The notes under the pieces are model-generated. The model worked only from the letters and a program-made list of their open reading frames with translations. It made no database searches and was not told the origin of the DNA. The position numbers and the translations under genes are program-made. A stretch of 64,000 bases of DNA from Gordius albopunctatus (Eukaryota). This document shows, piece by piece, positions 14,820-25,200 of this stretch (within the stretch, counting starts at the first letter, position 1; the number at the start of each line of letters is the position of its first letter). The DNA lies in contig OZ193910.1 in NCBI GenBank assembly GCA_964276515.1, positions 7,006,001 to 7,070,000 of the forward strand. Direction: 5' to 3'.

Positions 14820-16046
14820 ATGGATGCAATATCAATATTAATTCTTTTACTAATTGAGTATGCATCAAAAAAATCTACTAGAAGAAAAAAAATATATTAT
14901 ATAAACAAAGACATGTTTTTGGGGAGTTTTCTAATATGATTAAAAATATTTTAAAGGATGATGAGTTATTTTATGATTATAAAAGGATGCAACAAAGCAC
15001 ATTTTACTATATCTTGTCTCATATTGAAGAAGATATAAATCCTTCTAATGATAAAGTTGAATGGATAAGTCCAGCTGAAAGGTTGATGGTTACTTTAAGG
15101 TATATTATAAGAATAGATTATATTTAATTTTCAATTTGGATATTTAATATTGGGGGACTGTTTCAGGCAATTAGCCTTTTCTTTTAGGATAAGTAGAAGT
15201 GCAATAGCCTATATAGTGGATGAAGTTACTGAAGCTATTGTAAAAAACTTGATGAAGATTCACATACCATACCCAATCATGAAAATTGGAAAAAAGTAGG
15301 CATTATTTATTATAAAATAAATTATTCTTTAGATAGCAAAAGATTATGAGGAGATATGGAACTTTACAAATTGTTTGGGAGCAGTTGATGGAAGGCATAT
15401 AAGGATTATCAAACCCGCAAAAGCAGGAAGCCGTTTCTATAACTACAAAGGATATCATTCCATTGTATTGATGGCTGTCTCAGATGCCAAATATAAATTT
15501 ACTTATATTGATGTAGGAGCCCTAGGGTGTCAAAGTGACGGAGGGGTTTGGAAACACTGTTCCCTGTATAAAAAGATAGAGGAAAATAGAAATTTTTTAC
15601 CACCTGATACCTATTTAACTAATACTCCTGTAAAAGTCCCATATGTATTCATAGCTGATGAAGCTTTTCAGCTATCAGAGTTTCTTATGAAACCATATCC
15701 AAGCTCTTCATTAAATGATGACAAAGTTATGTACAACAAAAGATTGGCAAGAGCCAGGAATTCTGTAGAATGTTCATTTGGAATATTGGCTAAAAAATTT
15801 GGGATTCTTGAGACCCCAATAAAAACCAAGCCTAAAAAGGCTGAAAAAATAATTCAAACAATTTGTATTTTTTATAATATTTTATTAGATAAGGAATTGC
15901 CTTCTTATGCTTATAATTTACACAATGCCCAAATTGAAAATACCCAACAGTTATTGCCTGAGAACAACCCATCTTCTCACCGTGCTCAGAATATTAGAGA
16001 ATTATTTAGTCAATATTTTAAATGTCATTCTTTACCTTGGCATTAA
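14820..16046 (+). pseudogene. Harbinger/PIF (HARBI1-like, DDE_Tnp_4 type) transposase; 3 exons (~14820-15099, 15140-15295, 15333-16046), disrupted
   Basis: Reconstructed motifs: GEF..DDELFYDYKRM, ISPAERLMVTLR|YLILGDCFRQLAFSFRISRSAI, WKK|IAKDYEEIWNFTNCLGAVDGRHI, FYNYKGYHSIVLMAVSDAKYKF, ADEAF..LMKPY, YNKRLARARNSVECSFGIL (D, D, E triad present). Introns 15100-15139 (GT..GG) and 15296-15332 (GT..AG). The reading needs +1 base near the A-run 14885-14892 and near 15272-15275. Confidence 0.9.
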
Positions 16047-16085
16047 AACCATTATAATTTTTTTAATTGTTTAATGAGTGCTCTT

Positions 16086-16157
16086 AATAAATTGTTATTC
16101 CTTTTAAGGGATGTCAAGTTTAGCTTAGAGTTGTAATAATACACATAAACTTTTATT
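16086..16157. terminator. Candidate polyadenylation signals of the two convergent genes
   Basis: AATAAA at 16086-16091 (+), downstream of the transposase stop. TTTATT at 16152-16157 (AATAAA on -), downstream of the ORF2 stop. AT-rich context makes chance plausible. Confidence 0.4.
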
Positions 16158-16203
16158 CATCATATAAAATGTATCATCAACTAATATATAAAAAATGCAA
16201 TAA

Positions 16204-16639
16204 TCAATTCTGTTTTAAATTTTCTAACAGTTGCAATATATTTAATTTGAAAAGTAACATATTGTTATCATTCAGAGATTTGAAGTCTGCTAATAGTGAA
16301 TCCAGAAAGATCTTTTCTGGATAACTAGAAATTTTGAGCTTTTCTTCTATATTTATTAACCTAACCCATCTCTTAAGATTTTCCACTTGGTTTTGCATTG
16401 TTCCACTATTAAAATTATAACATTTATTATAAAATATAACCTGGCAAGTTGCAATCATTGGCTACCAGTTGCCATGATTTGGCAACCTCTAGTTTATTAC
16501 TGTGAAGTTCATTTTCATCATCCCAAATAATGATTTGAGATTCCACACTTCTAATGAGTGTTTTTGTTTGTTCTTGCCTAATTTAAGCATTTATTATGCA
16601 TTTAATAATTATTTTATTAGCTTACTCTATATTTTGCAT
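16204..16639 (-). pseudogene. Harbinger ORF2: MADF (Myb/SANT-like) DNA-binding protein with C-terminal BESS-like motif, disrupted
   Basis: Splicing 16639-16626, 16577-16441 and 16405 onward (GT-AG introns of 48 and 35 bp) gives MQNIEQEQTKTLIRSVESQIIIWDDENELHSNKLEVAKSWQLVANDCNLPVEQCKTKWKILRDGLG* with the three MADF tryptophans and a WKxLRD motif; stop at 16358-16356. In another frame, IFLDSLLADFKSLNDNNMLLFKLNILQLL (ending at 16204) resembles a BESS motif. Confidence 0.82.
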
Positions 16640-16686
16640 CCTGCAAATCGCGAATGAAATGAAGTAACAAAGAAGCAAAAATGAAG

Positions 16687-16705
16687 TGAAGCGTATATTA
16701 AGACG
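16687..16705 (-). repeat. Right subterminal copy of the TIR motif
   Basis: TGAAGCGTATATTAAGACG is the exact reverse complement of 14752-14770 (CGTCTTAATATACGCTTCA), 19/19. Confidence 0.9.
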
Positions 16706-16749
16706 CGGCTATGTTTTAACATGTGTTCGCTTTTTTTGCTGCGAGTCAA

Positions 16750-16771
16750 AATCTTATTTTAAGACGCACCC
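16750..16771 (-). repeat. Right terminal inverted repeat
   Basis: AATCTTATTTTAAGACGCACCC; its reverse complement begins GGG..CGTCTTAA like the left end. Confidence 0.88.
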
Positions 16772-19222
16772 TAAGAGATGAATTCCTTGAAAAACATTTT
16801 TTTGATCAGTCATCAAAAATTATTAACTCTAAATCACGATCGCATAGAGCTTGTTTCACTAAAACTAGAGACACGCTTATAAAGCGATATTGAATCAATC
16901 TAAACGCCACACGAAAATTTTAATTTCTCCCAATCTCAAACATCGCCAACGCAAAAATTCCTATCAAGATTCTAACAAGGACAAAATTCTAAGAATATTT
17001 ACTAACTTTTAAAGATTTTTTCATCTCCCTTTCGAAAGAATTTGAAAAATAATATTTTTTTCGACCTCAAAATTTTTTCAATTTTTTTGTTCAACCATAT
17101 AGCTCTCATGAAAGTTTTCGGTATAAGAGGTGAATTCCTTGAAAAACATTTTTTTGATCAGTCATCAAAAATTATTAACTGTAAATCACGATCGCATAGA
17201 GCTTGTTTCACTAAAACTAGAGACACGCTTATAAAGCGATATTGAAACAATATAAACGCAACACGAAAATTTTAATTTCTCTCAATCTCAAACATCCCCC
17301 ACGCAAAAATTCCTATCAAGAAAGGACAAAATGCTAAGAATATTTACTAACTTTTAAAGATTTTTTCATCTCCCTTTCGAAAGAATATGAAAAATAATAT
17401 TTTTTTCGACCTCAAAATTGTTTTAATTTTTTTGTTCAACCATATAGTTCTCATGAAAGTTTTCGGTATAAAAGGTGAATTCCTTGAAAAACATTTTTTT
17501 GATCAGTCATCAAAAATTATTAACTCTAAATCACGATCGCATAGAGCTTGTTTCACTAAAACTAGAGACACGCTTATAAAGCGATATTGAATCAATCTAA
17601 ACGCCACACGAAAATTTTAATTTCTCTCAATCTCAAACATCGCCAACGCAAAAATTCCTATCAAGATTCTAACAAGGACAAAATTCTAAGAATATTTACT
17701 AACTTTTAAAGATTTTTTCATCTCCCTTTCGAAAGAATATGAAAAATAATATTTTTTTCGACATCGAAATTGTTTTAATTTTTTTTGTTCAACCATATAG
17801 CTCTCATGAAAGTTTTCCGTATAAGAGATGAATTCCTTGAAAAACATTTTTTTGATCAGTCATCAAAAATTATTAACTCTGAATCACGATCGCATAGAGC
17901 TTGTTTCACTAAAACTAGAGACACGCTTATAAAGCGATATTGAATCAATCTAAACGCCACACGAAAATTTTAATTTCTCTCAATCTCAAACATCGCCAAC
18001 GCAAAAATTCCTATCAAGATTCTAACAAGGACAAAATTCTAAGAATATTTACTAACTTTTAAAGATTTTTTCATCTCCCTTTCGAAAGAATATAAAAAAT
18101 AATAATTTTTTCGACCTCAAAATTTTTTCAATTTTTTTGTTCAACCATATAGCTCTCATGAAAGTTTTCGGTATAAGAGGTGAATTCCTTGAAAAACATT
18201 TTTTTGATCAGTCATCAAAAATTATTAACTCTAAATCACGATCGCATAGAGCTTGTTTCACTAAAACTAGAGACACGCTTATAAAGCGATATTGAATCAA
18301 TCAAACGCCACACGAAAATTTTAATTTCTCTCAATCTCAAACATCGCCAACGCAAAAATTCCTATCAAGATTCTAACAAGGACAAAATTCTAAGAATATT
18401 TACTAACTTTTAAAGATTTTTTCATCTCCCTTTCGAAAGAATATGAAAAATAATATTTTTTTCGACCTCGAAATTGTTTTAATTTTTTTTGTTCAACCAT
18501 ATAGTTCTCATGAAAGTTTTCGGTATAAAAGGTGAATTCCTTGAAAAACATTTTTTTGATCAGTCATCAAAAATTATTAACTCTAAATCACGATCGCATA
18601 GAGCTTGTTTCACTAAAACTAGAGACACGCTTATAAAGCGATATTGAATCAATCAAACGCCACACGAAAATTTTAATTTCTCTCAATCTCAAACATCGCC
18701 AACGCAAAAATTCCTATCAAGATTCTAACAAGGACAAAATTCTAAGAATATTTACTAACTTTTAAAGATTTTTTCATCTCCCTTTCGAAAGAATATGAAA
18801 AATAATATTTTTTTCGACCTCGAAATTGTTTTAATTTTTTTTGTTCAACCATATAGCTCTCATGAAAGTTTTCCGTATAAGAGATGAATTCCTTGAAAAA
18901 CATTTTTTTGATCAGTCATCAAAAATTATTAACTCTAAATCACGATCGCATAGAGCTTGTTTCACTAAAACTAGAGACACGCTTATAAAGAGATATTGAA
19001 ACAATATAAACGCAACACCTAAATTTTAATTTCTCTCAATCTAAAACATCCCCCCACGCAAAAATTCCTATCAAGATTCTAACAAGGACAAAATGCTAAG
19101 AATATTTAATAACTTTTAAAGATTTTTTCATCTCCCTTACGAAAGAATATGAAAAAAAATATTTTTTTCGACCTCAAAATTTTTTCAATTTTTTTGTTCA
19201 ACCATATAGCTCTCATTAAAGT
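16772..19222 (-). repeat. SatA inverted block (~7 monomers, 2451 bp)
   Basis: Sequence is the reverse complement of SatA (TAAGAGATGAATTCCTTG...). The repeat ORFs switch to the + strand here (17042, 17387). Confidence 0.98.
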
Positions 19223-22200
19223 GCTATATGGTTGAACAAAAAAAATTAAAACAATTTCGAGGTCGAAAAAAATATTATTTTTCATATTCTTTCGAAAGGG
19301 AGATGAAAAAATCTTTAAAAGTTAGTAAATATTCTTAGAATTTTGTCCTTGTTAGAATCTTGATAGGAATTTTTGCGTTGGCGATGTTTGAGATTGAGAG
19401 AAATTAAAATTTTCGTGTGGCGTTTAGATTGATTCAATATCGCTTTATAAGCGTGTCTCTAGTTTTAGTGAAACAAGCTCTATGCGATCGTGATTTAGAG
19501 TTAATAATTTTTGATGACTGATCAAAAAAATGTTTTTCAAGGAATTCACCTCTTATACCGAAAACTTTCATGAGAGCTATATGGTTGAACAAAAAAATTG
19601 AAAAAATTTTGAGGTCGAAAAAAATATTATTTTTCAAATTCTTTCGAAAGGGAGATGAAAAAATCTTTAAAAGTTAGTAAATATTCTTAGAATTTTGTCC
19701 TTGTTAGAATCTTGATAGGAATTTTTGCGTTGGCGATGTTTGAGATTGAGAGAAATTAAAATTTTCGTGTGGCGTTTAGATTGATTCAATATCGCTTTAT
19801 AAGCGTGTCTCTAGTTTTAGTGAAACAAGCTCTATGCGATCGTGATTTAGAGTTAATAATTTTTGATGACTGATCAAAAAAATGTTTTTCAAGGAATTCA
19901 TCTCTTATACGGAAAACTTTCATGAGAGCTATATGGTTGAACAAAAAAAATTAAAACAATTTCGAAATCGAAAAAAATATTATTTTTCATATTCTTTTGA
20001 AAGGGAGATGAAAAAATCTTTAAAAGATTTTAAATATTCTTAGCATTTTGTCCTTGTTAGAATCTTGATAGGAACTTTTGCGTGGGGGGATGTTTGAGAT
20101 TGAGAGAAATTAGAATTTTCGTGTTGCGTTTAGATTGTTTCAATATCGCTTTATAAGCGTGTCTCTAGTTTTAGTGAAACAAGCTCCATGCGATCGTGAT
20201 TTAGAGTTAATAATTTTTGATGACTGATCAAAAAAAATGTTTTTCAAGGAATTAACATTTTTTACCGAAAACTTTCATGAGAGCTATATGGTTGAAGAAA
20301 AAATTGAAAAAATTTAGAGGTCGAAAAAAATATTATTTTTCGTATTCTTTCGAAAGGGAGATGAAAAAATCTTTAAAAGATTTTAAATATTCTTAGCATT
20401 TTGTCCTTGTTAGAATCTTGATAGGAACTTTTGCGTGGGGGGATGTTTTAGATTGAGAGAAATTAGAATTTTCGTGTTGCGTTTAGATTGTTTCAATATC
20501 GCTTTATAAGCGTGTTTCTAGTTTTAGTGAAACAGGCTCCATGCGATCGTGATTTAGAGTTAATAATTTTTGATGACTGATCAAAAAAAATGTTTTTCAA
20601 GGAATTAACATTTTTTACCGAAAACTTTCATGAGAGCTATATGGTTGAAGAAAAAATTGAAAAAATTTAGAGGTCGAAAAAAATATTATTTTTCGTATTC
20701 TTTCGAAAGGGAGATGAAAAAATCTTTAAAAGATTTTAAATATTCTTAGCATTTTGTCCTTGTTAGAATCTTGATAGGAACTTTTGCGTGGGGGGATGTT
20801 TTAGATTGAGAGAAATTAGAATTTTCGTGTTGCGTTTAGATTGTTTCAATATCGCTTTATAAGCGTGTTTCTAGTTTTAGTGAAACAGGCTCTATGCGAT
20901 CGTGATTTAGAGTTAATAATTTTTGATGACTGATCAAAAAAATATTTTTCAAGGAATTCACCTCTTATACCGAAAACTTTCATGAGAGCTATATGGTTGA
21001 ACAAAAAAATTGAAAAAATTTTGAGGTCGAAAAAAATATTATTTTTCATATTCTTTAGAAAGGGAGATGAAAAAATCATTAAAAGATTTTAAATATTCTT
21101 AGCATTTTGTTCTTGTTAGAATCTTGATAGGAACTTTTGCGTGGGGGGATGTTTTAGATTGAGAGAAATTAGAATTTTCGTGTTGCGTTTAGATTGTTTC
21201 AATATCGCTTTATAAGCGTGTCTCTAGTTTTAGTGAAACAGGCTCTATGCGATCGTGATTCAGAGTTAATAATTTTTGATGACTGATCAAAAAAATGTTT
21301 TTAAAGGAATTCACCTCTTATACCGAAAACTTTCATGAGAGCTATATGGTTGAACAAAAAAATTGAAAAAATTTTGAGGTCGAAAAAAATATTATTTTTC
21401 ATATTCTTTCGAAAGGGATGATGAAAAAACCTTTAAAAGATAGTAAATACTCATAGAATTTTGTCCTTGTTAGAATCTTGATAGGAACTTTTGCGTGGGG
21501 TGATGTTTTAGATTGAGAGAAATTAAAATTTTCGTTTTGCGTTTAGATTGTTTCAATATCGCTTTAAAAGCGTGTCTCTAGTTTTAGTGAAACAAGCTCT
21601 ATGCGATCGTGATTTAGAGTTAATAATTTTTGATGACTGATCAAAAAAAATGTTTTTCAAGGAATTAACATTTTTTACCGAAAACTTTCATGAGAGCTAT
21701 ATGGTTGAACAAAAAAATTGAAAAAATTTCGAGGTCGAAAAAAATATTATTTTTCATATTCTTTTGAAAGGGAGATGAAAAAATCTTTAAAAGATTTTAA
21801 ATATTCTTAGCATTTTGTCCTTGTTAGAATCTTGATAGGAACTTTTGCGTGGGGAGATGTTTTAGATTGAGAGAAATTAGAATTTTCGTGTTGCGTTTAG
21901 ATTGTTTCAATATCGCTTTATAAGCGTGTCTCTAGCTTTAGTTAAACAAGCTCCATGCGATCGTGATTTAGAGTTAATAATTTTTGATGACTGATCAAAA
22001 AAAATGTTTTTCAAGGAATTAACATTTTTTACCGAAAACTTTCATGAGAGCTATATGGTTGAAGAAAAAATTGAAAAAATTTAGAGGTCGAAAAAAATAT
22101 TATTTTTCATATTCTTTCGAAAGGGAGATGAAAAAATCTTTAAAAGTTAGTAAATATTCATAGCATTTTGTCCTTGTTAGAATCTTGATAGGAACTTTTG

Positions 22201-25200
22201 CGTGGGAGGATGTTTTAGATTGAGAGAAATTAGAATTTTCGTATTGCATTTAGATTGTTTCAATATCGCTTTATAAGCGTGTTTCTAGTTTTAGTGAAAC
22301 AAGCTCTATGCGATCGTGATTCAGAGTTAATAATTTTTGATGACTGATCAAAAAAATGTTTTTAAAGGAATTCACCTCTTATACCGAAAACTTTCATGAG
22401 AGCTATATGGTTGAAGAAAAAATTGAAAAAATTTAGAGGTCGAAAAAAATATTATTTTTCGTATTCTTTCGAAAGGGAGATGAAAAAATCTTTAAAAGAT
22501 TTTAAATATTCTTAGCATTTTGTCCTTGTTAGAATCTTGATAGGAACTTTTGCGTGGGGGGATGTTTTAGATTGAGAGAAATTAGAATTTTCGTGTTGCG
22601 TTTAGATTGTTTCAATATCGCTTTATAAGCGTGTCTCTAGTTTTAGTGAAACAAGCTCCATGCGATCGTGATTTAGAGTTAATAATTTTTGATGACTGAT
22701 CAAAAAAAATGTTTTTAAAGGAATTAACATTTTTTACCGAAAACTTTCATGAGAGCTATATGGTTGAAGAAAAAATTGAAAAAATTATGAGGTCGAAAAA
22801 AATATTATTTTTCATATTCTTTTGAAAGGGAGATGAAAAAATCTTTAAAAGATTTTAAATATTCTTAGCATTTTGTCCTTGTTAGAATCTTGATAGGAAC
22901 TTTTGCGTGGGGGGATGTTTTAGATTGAGAGAAATTAGAATTTTCGTGTTGCGTTTAGATTGTTTCAATATCGCTTTATAAGCGTGTCTCTAGTTTTAGT
23001 GAAACAAGCTCCATGCGATCGTGATTTAGAGTTAATAATTTTTGATGACTGATCAAAAAAATGTTTTTAAAGGAATTCACCTCTTATACCCAAAACTTTC
23101 ATGAGAGCTATATGGTTGAACAAAAAAATTGAAAAAATTTTGAGGTCGAAAAAAATATTATTTTTCATATTCTTTCGAAAGGGATGATGAAAAAATCTTT
23201 AAAAGTTAGTAAATATTCTTAGCATTTTATCCTTGTTAGAATCTTGATAGGAATTTTTGCGTGGGGGGATGTTTAGATTGAGAGAAATTAAAATTTTCGT
23301 GTTGCGTTTAGATTGTTTCAATATCGCTTTATAAGCGTGTTTCTAGTTTTAGTGAAACAGGCTCTATGCGATCGTGATTCAGAGTTAATAATTTTTGATG
23401 ACTGATCAAAAAAATGTTTTTAAAGGAATTCACCTCTTATACCGAAAACTTTCATGAGAGCTATATGGTTGAACAAAAAAATTGAAAAAATTTTGAGGTC
23501 GAAAAAAATATTATTTTTCATATTCTTTCGAAAGGGATGATGAAAAAACCTTTAAAAGATAGTAAATACTCATAGAATTTTGTCCTTGTTAGAATCTTGA
23601 TAGGAACTTTTGCGTGGGGTGATGTTTTAGATTGAGAGAAATTAGAATTTTCGTGTTGCGTTTAGATTGTTTCAATATCGCTTTATAAGCGTGTCTCTAG
23701 TTTTAGTGAAACAAGCTCCATGCGATCGTGATTTAGAGTTAATAATTTTTGATGACTGATCAAAAAAAATGTTTTTCAAGGAATTAACATTTTTTACCGA
23801 AAACTTTCATGAGAGCTATATGGTTGAAGAAAAAATTGAAAAAATTTAGAGGTCGAAAAAAATATTATTTTTCGTATTCTTTCGAAAGGGAGATGAAAAA
23901 ATCTTTAAAAGATTTTAAATATTCTTAGCATTTTGTCCTTGTTAGAATCTTGACAGGAACTTTTGCGTGGGGGGATGTTTTAGATTGAGAGAAATTAGAA
24001 TTTTCGTGTTGCGTTTAGATTGTTTCAATATCGCTTTATAAGCGTGTCTCTAGTTTTAGTGAAACAAGCTCCATGCGATCGTGATTTAGAGTTAATAATT
24101 TTTGATGACTGATCAAAAAAAATGTTTTTCAAGGAATTAACATTTTTTACCGAAAACTTTCATGAGAGCTATATGGTTGAAGAAAAAATTGAAAAAATTA
24201 TGAGGTCGAAAAAAATATTATTTTTCATATTATTTCGAAAGGGAGATGAAAAAATCTTTAAAGGTTAGTAAATACTCTTAGAATTTTGTCCTTGTTTGAA
24301 TCTTGATAGGAACTTTTGCGTGGGGTGATGTTTTAGATTGAGAGAAATTAAAATTTTCGTGCTGCGTTTAGATTGTTTCAATATCGCTTTATAAGTGTGT
24401 CTCTAGTTTTAGTGAAACAAGCTCCATGCGATCGTGATTTAGAGTTAATAATTTTTGATGACTGATCAAAAAAAATGTTTTTAAAGGAATTAACATTTTT
24501 TACCGAAGAATTTCTTAGAGCTATATGGTTGAACAAAAAAATTGATAAAATTTTGAGGTCGAAAAAATATTATTTTTCATATTCTTTCGAAAGGGATATG
24601 AAAAAATCTTTAAAAGTTAGTAAATATTCTTAGCATTTTATCCTTGTTAGAATCTTGATAGGAATTTTTGCGTGGGGGGATGTTTTAGATTGAGAGAAAT
24701 TAAAATTTAGGTGTTGCGTTTATATTGTTTCAATATCGCTTTATAAGCGTGTCTCTAGTTTTAGTGAAACAAGCTCTATGCGATCGTGATTTAGAGTTAA
24801 TAATTTTTGATGACTGATCAAAAAAAATGTTTTTCAAGGAATTAACATTTTTTACCGAAAACTTTCATGAGAGCTATATGGTTGAAGAAAAAATTGAAAA
24901 AATTTAGAGGTCGAAAAAAATATTATTTTTCGTATTCTTTCGAAAGGGAGATGAAAAAATCTTTAAAAGATTTTAAATATTCTTAGCATTTTGTCCTTGT
25001 TAGAATCTTGACAGGAACTTTTGCGTGGGGGGATGTTTTAGATTGAGAGAAATTAGAATTTTCGTGTTGCGTTTAGATTGTTTCAATATCGCTTTATAAG
25101 CGTGTCTCTAGTTTTAGTGAAACAAGCTCCATGCGATCGTGATTTAGAGTTAATAATTTTTGATGACTGATCAAAAAAAATGTTTTTCAAGGAATTAACA

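Larger units (their letters stand above)
14747..16771 (+). mobile_element. PIF/Harbinger-superfamily DNA transposon, 2025 bp, two convergent genes, probably non-autonomous (decayed)
   Basis: Unique sequence bounded by imperfect TIRs (GGGCCCGTCTTAATATACGCTT / reverse complement GGGTGCGTCTTAAAATAAGATT). Flanked by TTA (14744-14746) and TAA (16772-16774), the PIF/Harbinger TWA target type. Encodes a HARBI1-like DDE transposase and a MADF protein. Confidence 0.95.

Noticed and set aside
14820..16046. Domesticated host HARBI1/ALP1 gene
   Set aside because: TIRs, TWA junctions, a partner MADF gene and disabling lesions indicate a transposon copy.
16204..16458. 84-aa ORF as the complete ORF2
   Set aside because: Its N-terminal part reads through an intron and out of the MADF frame; only the C-terminal BESS-like part is likely genuine.
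14747..16771. Satellite monomer derived from the transposon or a MITE
   Set aside because: No convincing similarity between the element and either monomer by eye; not tested by alignment.
405..21079. Repeated 63-77 aa ORFs (MKNNIFFDLK...) as a tandem gene family
   Set aside because: They are by-products of the satellite monomer. Many copies are broken by homopolymer indels or stops, and the peptide is low-complexity with no recognisable domain.
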